Source: Spirochaetia bacterium (GTDB lineage: Bacteria > Spirochaetota > Spirochaetia > SZUA-6 > Bin103). From it: 64,000 nucleotides of DNA. Shown here piece by piece: positions 17,905 to 26,777 of the stretch; within the stretch, counting starts at the first letter, position 1; every line of letters starts with the position of its first letter. Under the pieces are notes generated by a model. It did no database searches, had not been told where the DNA came from, and worked only from the letters and a program-made list of their open reading frames with translations. The DNA lies in assembly GCA_965203055.1 (NCBI GenBank), contig OZ241863.1, positions 1,728,001-1,792,000 on the forward strand. Reading direction: 5' to 3'. The translations under genes were made by a program, and so were the position numbers.

Positions 17905-19121
17905 CGGCCGGTTCGATTCCTTGCGCGGCGCCGGGGCAGCTTGGCTTTGCGGACGACCTGGGAGACCGCATCGGCGCCGCGGTGCAGGAGTTCGTCGACC
18001 GCGGCCGGCTGGCCGGGGCGGTGGTGGCGGTGGCCCGCCGCGGCATGCTGGCGCACCTGGAAGCGCGCGGCATGGCGGACGTCGAGCATGACCGGCCGAT
18101 GCGCGCGGATACCATCTTCCGCATCTACTCGATGACCAAGGCGGTGGGCAGCGCCGCGGTGATGATGCTGTGCGACGCCGGCCGGCTGGAGCTCGACGCG
18201 CCCGCCGCCGACTACCTGCCGTCGCTGCGGGGGCTGCAGGTGGCGCCCGACCCGGCCGCCGGTCAGCGCGACCCGGCGCCCGCCGACCGCGAGATCACGG
18301 TGCGCGACCTGTTGCGCCATACCGCGGGACTGCCCGGCAACGTGGCCGTGGAGCAGGCGCTCCGCGAGCACGGTCTGCCGCCCCTGCGCCGCTGCACCCT
18401 GCAACAGATCGTCGACTGCCTCGACCGGGTGCAGCTCGACTATCAGCCGGGAACGGAGTGGCGCTACAGCTTCGCGGCGGAGGTGCTGGGCCGGCTGGTG
18501 GAAGTGGCCTCAGGGCTCCACTTCGACCAATTCCTGGAGCAGCGCATCTTTCGGCCCCTGGGCATGGCGGACACCGCCTTCTTCTGCCCGCCGGAGCAGG
18601 CGCACCGGTTGGCGGCGATGTATGGCCCCGACTCCGGCGGCGGGCTGCAGGCGGTCGCCGCGCCGCAGGGCGGCACGGTCACGCCGTTCAGCTTCCGCGA
18701 ACCGCCGATCTTCCTCTCCAACGGCGGCGGCCTGGTCTCCACCGCCGGCGACTATCTCCGCTTCTGCCTGCTGCTGGCCGGCGGCGGCGCGCTGGGCGGG
18801 GTGCGGCTGCTGCAACCCGCCACGGCGGCGATGATGACGCGCAACCAGCTCCCCGGGGAACTGATCCCGATCCGCAAGCAGCCGCAGGAGCGCTACGACG
18901 GGCTGGGGTTCGGACTCGGCTTCTCGGTACGGGTGCGGCCATCCGCCTTCGTGCCGGCCTCCCAGGTCGGCGAGTACGGGTGGATCGGCGGCGCCAGCAC
19001 CGAGTTCTGGATCGCCCCGCAGAGCGAGCTGGTGGTGATTACCCTGGCGCAATACCTGCCCTTCTCGCCGCTCAGCCGGGTGGTGAAGGGAATCGTCTAC
19101 GACGCCCTCGCCGAGGCCTAG
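17901..19121 (+). CDS. Serine hydrolase, beta-lactamase/esterase family VIII
   Basis: RIYSMTK (SxxK), LLRHTAG, PGTEWRYS, GGGLVST, YGWIG. ATGA overlap with the upstream stop. Confidence 0.9.
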   Translation: MTAGSIPCAAPGQLGFADDLGDRIGAAVQEFVDRGRLAGAVVAVARRGMLAHLEARGMADVEHDRPMRADTIFRIYSMTKAVGSAAVMMLCDAGRLELDAPAADYLPSLRGLQVAPDPAAGQRDPAPADREITVRDLLRHTAGLPGNVAVEQALREHGLPPLRRCTLQQIVDCLDRVQLDYQPGTEWRYSFAAEVLGRLVEVASGLHFDQFLEQRIFRPLGMADTAFFCPPEQAHRLAAMYGPDSGGGLQAVAAPQGGTVTPFSFREPPIFLSNGGGLVSTAGDYLRFCLLLAGGGALGGVRLLQPATAAMMTRNQLPGELIPIRKQPQERYDGLGFGLGFSVRVRPSAFVPASQVGEYGWIGGASTEFWIAPQSELVVITLAQYLPFSPLSRVVKGIVYDALAEA

Positions 19122-19128
19122 CCGCACC

Positions 19129-20712
19129 ATGCCGCAGCCCGCCGCGCCGCGCCCGAACATCGTGCTGATCATGGCCGACGACCTGGGGTTCAGCGACCTG
19201 GGCTGCTACGGCGGCGAGATCGCCACCCCGAATCTCGACCGCCTGGCGGCCGGCGGACTGCGCTTCACCCACTTCTACAACAACGCGGTGTGCGTCGCTA
19301 CCCGCGCCTCGCTGCTCACCGGCCAGTACTGCCACAAGGTGGGCCTGGGACACCTCGGAGCCCGCCTCCGCGCCGGCCGCAACAACGTCACCTTCGCCGA
19401 GCTGCTGCGCGCCGCCGGCTACCGCACCCTGATGGCCGGGAAGTGGCACAACGGGCACGGGCGCGGCGAACTGCCGGTGGAGCGCGGCTTCGACCGCTAC
19501 TGGGGGCTGGTCGACGGCGGCAGCAACTACTTCAATCCCGGCCTCCGCCGGCCCGGCGAGCCGGAGCCGGTGCACAAGGCGCCCGGCGACTACCGCTACT
19601 GGGGCGACGACGCCCGCCTGCTGCGGCCGTTCACGCCGGAGCAGCCCGACTTCTACGCCACCGACGCGTTCAGCGACCGCGCGGTCTCCTTCCTCGACCG
19701 CTACGGCGCCGGCGAGCAGCCGTTCCTGCTCTACCTCGCCTACACCGCCCCCCACTTTCCGTTGCAGGCGCCGGCCGAGGACGTCGCCCACTATCAGGGC
19801 CGCTACCTGATCGGCTGGGACGAGGTGCGCCGGCGGCGCTACCGGCGCCTGCTCGACCTGGGCCTCGCGCAGCCGCAGTGGGGCGTGTCCGAGCGCGACC
19901 CGATCTGCGGCAGTTGGGAGCAGGCCGCGGACAAGCCGCGCTGGGACCGCAAGATGGCCGTCTACGCCGCCATGGTGGAGCGCATGGACCGCGGCATCGG
20001 GCGGGTGCTCGACAAGCTGCGCGAACTGGACGCGGAGCAGGACACGCTGGTGCTGTTCCTGTCCGACAACGGCGGCTGCGGCGAGCACATCGACAACACC
20101 CCGGAGCGGGATCCGGGCAGCGTCGATACCTACACCACGGTCGACGCGCCGTGGGCCAACGCCAGCAACACGCCGTTCCGCAAGTACAAGGTGTTCGACC
20201 ACGAGGGCGGCATCGCGACCCCGCTGATCGCCTCCTGGCCGCGCGTCATCCGGCCCGGCTCGATCACTCATCAGGTGGGCCACGTCATCGACTTCCTTCC
20301 TACCTTCGCGGAGCTGGCCGGCGCCGCCTGTCCGGCGCGGTTCCGCGGGCAGCCGGTGGCGCCGCTCGACGGCCGCAGCCTGGCGCCGATTCTGCGCGGC
20401 GCCAGGCGCGAGCCGCACGCCGCCCTGTTCTGGGAGCTGAACGGCTGCCGGGCGGTGCGCCGCGGGCGCTGGAAGGCGGTGAGTCTGGGGCCGGAACGGT
20501 GGCACGTGGGGCATCGGATCGCGGCCGGCTGCGACGGCTGGGAGCTGTACGACGTGGCCGCCGATCGCTGCGAGCTGATCGACCGGGCGCGCGAGCGGCC
20601 CGAACTGGTGACCGAGCTGGACCGGCTCTGGCGGCGCTGGTTCGCGGCCTGCCGCCGGGAGCGGGAGCGCGGGCGCGGAGATTCCCCGGAGGGTACTACG
20701 CCGACCGCGTAA
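19129..20712 (+). CDS. Arylsulfatase (formylglycine-dependent family)
   Basis: RPNIVLIMADDLG, CVATRASLLTG signature, GKWH, TAPHFP, SDNG, HEGG. No signal peptide. Confidence 0.92.
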   Translation: MPQPAAPRPNIVLIMADDLGFSDLGCYGGEIATPNLDRLAAGGLRFTHFYNNAVCVATRASLLTGQYCHKVGLGHLGARLRAGRNNVTFAELLRAAGYRTLMAGKWHNGHGRGELPVERGFDRYWGLVDGGSNYFNPGLRRPGEPEPVHKAPGDYRYWGDDARLLRPFTPEQPDFYATDAFSDRAVSFLDRYGAGEQPFLLYLAYTAPHFPLQAPAEDVAHYQGRYLIGWDEVRRRRYRRLLDLGLAQPQWGVSERDPICGSWEQAADKPRWDRKMAVYAAMVERMDRGIGRVLDKLRELDAEQDTLVLFLSDNGGCGEHIDNTPERDPGSVDTYTTVDAPWANASNTPFRKYKVFDHEGGIATPLIASWPRVIRPGSITHQVGHVIDFLPTFAELAGAACPARFRGQPVAPLDGRSLAPILRGARREPHAALFWELNGCRAVRRGRWKAVSLGPERWHVGHRIAAGCDGWELYDVAADRCELIDRARERPELVTELDRLWRRWFAACRRERERGRGDSPEGTTPTA

Positions 20713-20739
20713 CGCCGACTGCGTAACCGCCGCCGGCCG

Positions 20740-21132
20740 CTACTGCGACTCGCCTCGGTTCTCGTACAACGCGCGGATGAAGCGCCGCGCGCTGTCGCCG
20801 TGCATGCGGCCGACGGAACATTCGCCGTCGAGGATCACGCCGTCATGGATGATCAGCTCCGGGGTGGTCAGGTTGCCGAGCACCCGCGCCGTGGAGCGCA
20901 GCATCACCCGGCTCTCGGCAGTAATGTTGCCGAGCACCACTCCCTCCACCACCACCACCTTGGCGGTGACGTCGGTCTTGATCTTGCCCGCCGGGCCTAC
21001 GTGGAGCTGCTCCACCTCCAGCACCGGTCCCACGAAGCGGCCATCGACGCGCAGGTTGCCGTTGATCGCGCAACGCCCTTCGAATGCCGAATCTTCGCCG
21101 ATCGTCGTGTTGGCGGAGACATTGGCACGCAC
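20740..21132 (-). CDS. Bactofilin (polymer-forming cytoskeletal protein)
   Basis: TTIGEDSAFEG...GNLRVDG...VVVEGVVLGNITA...GVILDG beta-helix pattern. Confidence 0.88.
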   Translation of the reverse strand: MRANVSANTTIGEDSAFEGRCAINGNLRVDGRFVGPVLEVEQLHVGPAGKIKTDVTAKVVVVEGVVLGNITAESRVMLRSTARVLGNLTTPELIIHDGVILDGECSVGRMHGDSARRFIRALYENRGESQ

Positions 21133-21147
21133 GATGGCGGCAGGATA

Positions 21148-22290
21148 TTACGAATCGGTCTCCGTTGGCGACTGCCCGCCGGGGGCCGCGGGGGCCGCCG
21201 CGCCGCCGGCCTGCGCCGGGGGGCCGCGGAGGTCGTCGTAGAGGCCGGCGGCGGCGTCCGGCAGCGGCGCCGCCAGCCCCCATACCACCCGCGCCGCTAC
21301 CGCGGCGCGCGTTCCCGCCGGCGCTTCGATTCCGGCAACGACTGCCTCCCGCGCGGCATCGTCCACCGACAGCAGCACCGCGGTCTCGAAACCGCGGCGC
21401 CGGCCCCAGTTGCCGACTACCGCCAGCCGGCCGGCGTCGGCCAGGGCGCGCACCGCCTCGGCGGTCAGTTCGCCGACCTCCAGATACACCACCGCGGCGC
21501 CGGCGCGGATGACGGCATCCAGGCTGTCGCTCAGCCCGGCGCTGCCGCGCGCGCGGTCGAAGCGCTTGACGACCGGCGGGCGGGCGCCGGCGTCGGCAAG
21601 GCCGGCGCGGAACGCCGCGAGGGCGGCGCTCTCCCGCCAGCCGGTCGCCAGCACCGCGGCCTGCGCCGCGTCGGACCGGTCCGCCAGATAGGCCGCCACC
21701 AGGCGCCCGGCGCGCTCGTAGGCGGCGCTGCGCTCAAACGAGACCGCGGTGACGTTGGCCGGCAGCGGAGCGCCGGAACCGCGTCCGGGGCCGGACCAGG
21801 GGAGCAGTACGAACCGCACCTCGGGATGGGCGGCGGCCAACTCCTCCGCCTCCAGCGCGAGCAGCGCGGTCAGCACCACGCCGGCGTAGCGGGCGCCGGC
21901 GAGCTGCTCGGCCAGCTCCGCGTGCGGCTGCTCGGCGCCGACCGGCAGCACCTGCAGGCGGCTGCCGTCGGCCAACACGGTGTCTTCCAGGCCGGCCGCC
22001 AAGTTCGGCCAGGCCGCGGTGACGGCGTGCCAGAACGGCGCCTCCACCGCCACCAGATAGGTGCGCTCCGGGCGCGCGCCGGCGCACCCGCCGGCGGCCG
22101 CCAGGAGCAGGAGGGCGGCGGCGCAGGCCAGCCCGCGCCGCCGCCGCCTGATTGCGCCCGCGCCCGGACGGCGGCGGCTAGCCGCCGCCGTCGGGAGCCC
22201 CCCGCGGGTAGTAGCGCAGCACCGGCCACAGCGCGGCGGCGAACGCCGCGGCGCTGCCGGCCGCGGCGAGCTCCGGGCGCCGCAGCGCAA
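21148..22290 (-). CDS. BMP-like/periplasmic-binding lipoprotein; true start uncertain, probably near 22150
   Basis: RRRRRGLACAAALLLLAAAGGC lipoprotein signal; AAAHPEVRFVLL, NVTAVSFE and AGRLVA resemble the BMP family. Confidence 0.55.
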   Translation of the reverse strand: MRCGARSSPRPAAPRRSPPRCGRCCATTRGGLPTAAASRRRPGAGAIRRRRRGLACAAALLLLAAAGGCAGARPERTYLVAVEAPFWHAVTAAWPNLAAGLEDTVLADGSRLQVLPVGAEQPHAELAEQLAGARYAGVVLTALLALEAEELAAAHPEVRFVLLPWSGPGRGSGAPLPANVTAVSFERSAAYERAGRLVAAYLADRSDAAQAAVLATGWRESAALAAFRAGLADAGARPPVVKRFDRARGSAGLSDSLDAVIRAGAAVVYLEVGELTAEAVRALADAGRLAVVGNWGRRRGFETAVLLSVDDAAREAVVAGIEAPAGTRAAVAARVVWGLAAPLPDAAAGLYDDLRGPPAQAGGAAAPAAPGGQSPTETDS

Positions 22291-22912
22291 CGCCGTACGC
22301 GGCCGCCGCGGTCAGCAGCGGCAGCGCCAGAATGGCCAGCAGCGCCAGCCCCTGCCACCAGATGCGGGCGCCCGCGCTGCGCGCCAACAGGAACGCGGCG
22401 GCGCTCACCAGCGCCAGCCGCAGCAGCGGCAGCAGGATCAACCGATAGAAGCTGGGATCGGCCTGCCGGTCGAGTTGCTCCAGGAGCGCGTACATGCTGA
22501 AGAAGCCCCCCAGGGCGGCCAGCAGGAGCGGCAGCTGCGCTTGCCGGCGGGCGCGCAGCACCGGCCGGGGGGTCGGCGCGCGGCGCGCCCGGGCCGCGCG
22601 CCGCAACAACCCGGACGCGCGGGCGCGGGCGCGGGCGCGCGGCAGGCGCAGCGCCAGCGTGACCGCCAGCGCCGCGGCCAGCGGCCCGCCGTGATCCAGC
22701 GCCAGCGCCTGCAGGTAGAGCAGACGCGGCTCGTAGAGCGGCGGGAACACCCGCGCCAGCAGGGTTGCGAGCGGATAGAGCGGCAGCGCCAGCAGCGCGG
22801 CGGCGGCGAACCAGGGGAGCATCGCCGCGCGCCCGCCAACTCCCGGGGAGGCGCCGCGCGCGGCCAGCGCGGCCACGAACAACGGCGTCGCGAGCCAGGC
22901 GAACAGCGTCAT
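22178..22912 (-). CDS. Hypothetical integral membrane protein
   Basis: Six to seven hydrophobic segments; co-directional with guaA. Confidence 0.6.
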   Translation of the reverse strand: MTLFAWLATPLFVAALAARGASPGVGGRAAMLPWFAAAALLALPLYPLATLLARVFPPLYEPRLLYLQALALDHGGPLAAALAVTLALRLPRARARARASGLLRRAARARRAPTPRPVLRARRQAQLPLLLAALGGFFSMYALLEQLDRQADPSFYRLILLPLLRLALVSAAAFLLARSAGARIWWQGLALLAILALPLLTAAAAYGVALRRPELAAAGSAAAFAAALWPVLRYYPRGAPDGGG

Positions 22913-22976
22913 CGCGCCGCCCGCGCAGGGGCCTGCGCCACCCCGGCCACGTGCCCGGCGCAGCCGCGGCGCCGGT

Positions 22977-24599
22977 TCACTCCCACTCCACCGTCGCCGG
23001 CGGCTTGCTGGAAATGTCGTACACCACGCGGCCGACCTCCGGCACCTCGTTGGTGATGCGCGCCGAAATCGCCAGCAACTCCTCCGGCTCGAACCGGTAC
23101 ACTTCGGCGGTCATGAAATCGTCGCTCACCACGGCGCGCAATGCCACCACTACCCCGTAGTTGCGGCGGTCGCCGGTAACCCCTACCGAGCGCAGCGGCA
23201 GCAGTACCGCGAACGCCTGCGTCACCCGCCGGTACAGGTCACGGCGGCGCAGCTCCTCCAGGTAGATCGCGTCGACCGCGCGCAGCAGCTCGCAGCGCTC
23301 CGGGGTCACCTCCCCCAGGATCCGCACCGCCAATCCCGGGCCGGGGAACGGGTGGCGCCGCAGCACCCGCGGCGGCACGCCGAGGGCGCGCCCGAGGCGG
23401 CGCACCTCATCCTTATAGAGGGCAGCCAGCGGCTCCAGCAACCGTCCGGCGGCGCGCCGCCGGGCCACCAGCGGGGCGGCGACGTTGTGATGCGACTTGA
23501 TCACCTCCGCCTTGTCGCCGACTCCGCTGCCGGACTCGATCAGATCGGTGTACAGCGTTCCCTGCGCCAGGAAGCAGTCCGCCAAGTCCTCCCGCAGCGC
23601 ATCGCGCTGCACCTCGATGAACAGGTTGCCGATGATCCGCCGCTTCCGCTCCGGCTCGGTGACGCCGGCCAGAGCCGCGGCGAACCGGGCCGCGGCGTCC
23701 ACTACCTGCACCTGACGGGCGCCGAGCTGCCGCAGCGCGGCCTGCACCTCGGCGGTCTCGCCGCGCCGCATCAGCCCGGTGTCTACGTAGAGCAGGTGCA
23801 CCTGTTCGGGCGGCAGCGCCTTGAGCAGCAGCGCGGCCACGACGGTGGAGTCGATGCCGCCGGAGATCAGCAGGACCACCGGCTCGGCGCCCACCCTCCG
23901 GCGCAGCTCGGCGACCGCGCGCCGCTCGACCGACTCCAGGTCCCACGAGCGGCGCGCTCCGCACACCGCGGTGGCGAAGTTGTCCAGGAGCTGGCGGCCG
24001 TACTCGGTGTGCGAAACCTCGGGATGAAACTGCAGGCCGAAGATGGGCGCCGGCGCGCCGGCCGGCGCGTCCGCGCTACCTGGCGCGCCGGCCGGCGCGT
24101 CCGCGCTACCTGGCGCGCCGTCCGGCACTGACTCGACCGCCGCCACCGCGCCATGCTGGGACACGGCGGTCTGGCGAAAGCCGGGCGCGACGCGGGTGAC
24201 CGCATCGCCGTGACTCATCCAGGAGCGAAACGCCGCCGGGAGGCCGCGGAACAGCGCCGAGTCAGCCACTCGATCGACCCGCGCGCGGCCATATTCGCGC
24301 ACCCGGCTGCGCGCCACCAACCCGCCGCGGCGCTGCATCAGGTACTGCATGCCGTAGCAGATGCCCAATATCGGCACGCCCAGCCGCAGCAGCTCCGGCG
24401 CGGGCGCCGGCGCGCCGGCGTCATACACCGACGCCGGCGACCCGGACAACACGATGCCGCGCACCTCCTCGCTTCGCTCCAGCTCCGGCAGCCTCACCTC
24501 GCCGGGCAGCACGCGGCTGAACACGCCGCATTCGCGGATGCGGCGGGCGATGAGCTGGCAGGTCTGGCCGCCGAAGTCAAGGACCAGAATGGTATCCAT
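22977..24599 (-). CDS. guaA: GMP synthase (glutamine-hydrolysing)
   Basis: ILVLDFGGQ, GICYGMQ, QFHPEV, SGGIDS, IKSHHN, RHPFPGPGL, YDISSKPPATVEWE. Confidence 0.97.
   Translation of the reverse strand: MDTILVLDFGGQTCQLIARRIRECGVFSRVLPGEVRLPELERSEEVRGIVLSGSPASVYDAGAPAPAPELLRLGVPILGICYGMQYLMQRRGGLVARSRVREYGRARVDRVADSALFRGLPAAFRSWMSHGDAVTRVAPGFRQTAVSQHGAVAAVESVPDGAPGSADAPAGAPGSADAPAGAPAPIFGLQFHPEVSHTEYGRQLLDNFATAVCGARRSWDLESVERRAVAELRRRVGAEPVVLLISGGIDSTVVAALLLKALPPEQVHLLYVDTGLMRRGETAEVQAALRQLGARQVQVVDAAARFAAALAGVTEPERKRRIIGNLFIEVQRDALREDLADCFLAQGTLYTDLIESGSGVGDKAEVIKSHHNVAAPLVARRRAAGRLLEPLAALYKDEVRRLGRALGVPPRVLRRHPFPGPGLAVRILGEVTPERCELLRAVDAIYLEELRRRDLYRRVTQAFAVLLPLRSVGVTGDRRNYGVVVALRAVVSDDFMTAEVYRFEPEELLAISARITNEVPEVGRVVYDISSKPPATVEWE
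24052..24120. repeat. 30-bp perfect tandem repeat (2.3 copies) inside guaA
   Basis: GCCGGCGCGTCCGCGCTACCTGGCGCGCCG twice; encodes GAPGSADAPA twice. Confidence 0.9.
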
Positions 24600-24606
24600 G
24601 GGGCCG

Positions 24607-26061
24607 TCAGCCGGAGGCGCCGGCGGCAAGTTGTTCGCCCAGCCGCTGCATGACCGTGCGGTAGCGCGCCGCAAGCGCGCGCGCCAGGTCACCCGCCCTG
24701 CCGGTGTAGCGCTCCGGGCGGGAGAAGAACTCCTGCGCGCCGGTCCCGCAGCGCGCCCGCACCGCCTTGTCCAGGCGGTCCCAGGTGTCCGGCTCCGCCC
24801 GCGCCGCGTCCAGCAGCGACCCGCCGGGCCGCTCGCACGCCAGCGTCAGGCGGCGGATTCGCTCGTGGGCGCCGGCGTCGCCGGACGCGGCCAGCAGCAC
24901 GTAGGCCGCCTCGGCCAGCACCAGGTCGGCGCCGCCGGCCCGCAGCCGCGCGCGCATCCGCGCGCGGTCCACCTGCAGGCCGGCCACCACCCGCAGCATG
25001 CGGTTGGCCGCGGCGGTGAACCCGGCGACGAATTCCGCGGCGAAGCGCGCCGACGCGGAGTTGGTCAGGTCGCGCTGGTGCTCCGACACCTGGTCCATGA
25101 AGAAGGTCATGGCGCGCGGCGCGAACGTCTTCCACAGACTCTTGACGTGCTCGCAGTTCCAGGGGTTGCGCTTCTGCGGCATGGTGGAGGAGCCCACCTG
25201 CCGGCGGCCGAACGGCTCGCGCACTTCGTCGATCTCGGAGCGCTGGAGGTTGCGCAGGTCGTCGGCCAGGTTGGCCAGAATCCCGAACGCGGTGTTCAGC
25301 TCCAGCAGCGCCCGCAGCAGATACTCCGGTTCCACGATCTGGGTAGCGCTCTCCGAGGGCTGCAGTCCGAGGCCGGCGAGCACCGCGCGCTCCAGTTCCT
25401 GCGGGTCGTCGACCAGCAGCGCGGTGGCGTGGTAGGCGCCGACCGCGCCCGCCAGCTTGCCGCGCAAGTCGTCGCAGCGCCGCTTGAGGCGCACGATCGA
25501 CTTGCCGAGTCGGGCGACGTATTCGGCGACGGCGAAGCCGAAGGTGACCGGCACCGCGTACTGGCCGTGGGTGCGCCCCACCTGCACGCTGTCCGCCTCC
25601 CGTTCGGCCAGCTCGATCAGCGCCGCCTCCAGGCGGATCAGCAGCGGCAGCACCACGCCGCGCAGCGCGTCCCGATAGCGCGCCGCGTTGGCGGTGTCGG
25701 TAATGTCGTACGAGGTGGCTCCGAGGTGCGCCAGGTGGCGCACCTCGACCGGCAGCTCGCGTTGCAGCACGTTGACCAGGGCGCGCAGGTTGTGATCGGT
25801 GACCCGTTCTTCGGCCGCCACTGCGGCCGCGGTGACCCGGCCGGCGGCCGCGCGGATGCGTTGCTCCAGGCCCTCGTCCGGCGCGTTCCCCGGCAGCCGG
25901 CGCAGCAGTTCGATGAGCAGCGCGCTCTCCACCTGCGCGGCATAGCGCACCCCCGCCTCCTCGCCCAGGCAATCCGCCAGCGCTTCGAACTGCTCGCGGT
26001 TGGCCAGCCAGTAGCGGTGGTCCAACGGCGAGATGAAGCGGAACCGGTCGCGCGTTTCCAT
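24607..26061 (-). CDS. purB: Adenylosuccinate lyase
   Basis: ISPLDHRY, HLGATSYDI, GRTHGQ, and fumarase-superfamily signature GSSTMPQKRNP. Confidence 0.93.
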   Translation of the reverse strand: METRDRFRFISPLDHRYWLANREQFEALADCLGEEAGVRYAAQVESALLIELLRRLPGNAPDEGLEQRIRAAAGRVTAAAVAAEERVTDHNLRALVNVLQRELPVEVRHLAHLGATSYDITDTANAARYRDALRGVVLPLLIRLEAALIELAEREADSVQVGRTHGQYAVPVTFGFAVAEYVARLGKSIVRLKRRCDDLRGKLAGAVGAYHATALLVDDPQELERAVLAGLGLQPSESATQIVEPEYLLRALLELNTAFGILANLADDLRNLQRSEIDEVREPFGRRQVGSSTMPQKRNPWNCEHVKSLWKTFAPRAMTFFMDQVSEHQRDLTNSASARFAAEFVAGFTAAANRMLRVVAGLQVDRARMRARLRAGGADLVLAEAAYVLLAASGDAGAHERIRRLTLACERPGGSLLDAARAEPDTWDRLDKAVRARCGTGAQEFFSRPERYTGRAGDLARALAARYRTVMQRLGEQLAAGASG

Positions 26062-26066
26062 GCGGC

Positions 26067-26096
26067 AGTCTATGGGCTGGCCACCCTGCTCGACAA
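26067..26096 (-). promoter_or_regulatory. Candidate promoter for leaderless purB
   Basis: Minus strand reads TTGTCG-N18-TAGACT-N5-ATG. Confidence 0.55.
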
Positions 26097-26123
26097 GCCG
26101 ACGCGGATTCGCCCGGCAACCGA

Positions 26124-26153
26124 TTGGCGCGCGGCGGGCAGGGCGCGTACCCT
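26124..26153 (+). promoter_or_regulatory. Candidate divergent promoter
   Basis: TTGGCG-N18-TACCCT-N8-ATG(26162). Confidence 0.4.
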
Positions 26154-26161
26154 TGGCGCGC

Positions 26162-26719
26162 ATGGCAACCAAGGCCCTGGAGCTGTTCAGCGCCTATCGC
26201 AGCGGCCGGGTGCCGCCGGGCGGCGGCTACGTCGTGTCCTCGTTCATGGTGGATGGGTCGGCCTACGTGCGCTACGAAATCGTGGCCTACCGGCGGGCGC
26301 GCAGCCTGCGTCTGTCGCGCGAGGGCCTTACCTTCGCGGCCGACGGCAGCCGCGTCTTCGTGCTCGTGGAGTCGGAGGCCTGGCCCGACAAGGCCGCCGA
26401 ACCGTGGCGCCGCGGCGCCCGCCACCGCATCCCCCACTGCTTCGCGGAGCTGGCGGCGGTGGCGGTGCGCAATCACTCCCGGATCATGGTGAGCCGCGCC
26501 CCGGTCGTCATCTCGGCGGAGTTCACCATCCCCTGCCCGGCGGAAATCGACTTCGCCTTCCTGTTCCTCCCGCGCCCCGGCGCGCTCGATACGATCCACG
26601 CGTTCATGGCCAAGACCCTGCAGGAGGAGTGCCTGATACCGGCCTCGGAGGCGCGCCGGGCGGCCGGGTTGATCCGCTCCGCCCTGGCGCGCTGCAGCAT
26701 CGGCAGCCGGCCCTGGTAG
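26162..26719 (+). CDS. Hypothetical protein
   Basis: Globular-looking 185-aa sequence with host-like GC3 codons, divergent from purB. Confidence 0.7.
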   Translation: MATKALELFSAYRSGRVPPGGGYVVSSFMVDGSAYVRYEIVAYRRARSLRLSREGLTFAADGSRVFVLVESEAWPDKAAEPWRRGARHRIPHCFAELAAVAVRNHSRIMVSRAPVVISAEFTIPCPAEIDFAFLFLPRPGALDTIHAFMAKTLQEECLIPASEARRAAGLIRSALARCSIGSRPW

Positions 26720-26777
26720 CCGCGCGCGCCCGGTTCATGGCAAGCTGCGCGCATCCCGCTTACCAGGAAGGCGCCCA

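Larger units (their letters stand above)
13982..17921 (+). repeat. Diverged tandem duplication of about 1.97 kb (copy 1 about 13982-15953, copy 2 about 15955-17921)
   Basis: Both copies start TGCTACC(T/A)TGA(T/A)GCCCCATGACACACGCGCAG and end ATGAC(T/G)GCCGG(C/T)TCGATTCCT. The proteins are colinear and highly similar. Confidence 0.92.

Noticed and set aside
17901..19121. Antibiotic-resistance beta-lactamase
   Set aside because: No signal peptide, and the motifs match cytoplasmic family VIII esterases. Resistance function is unsupported.
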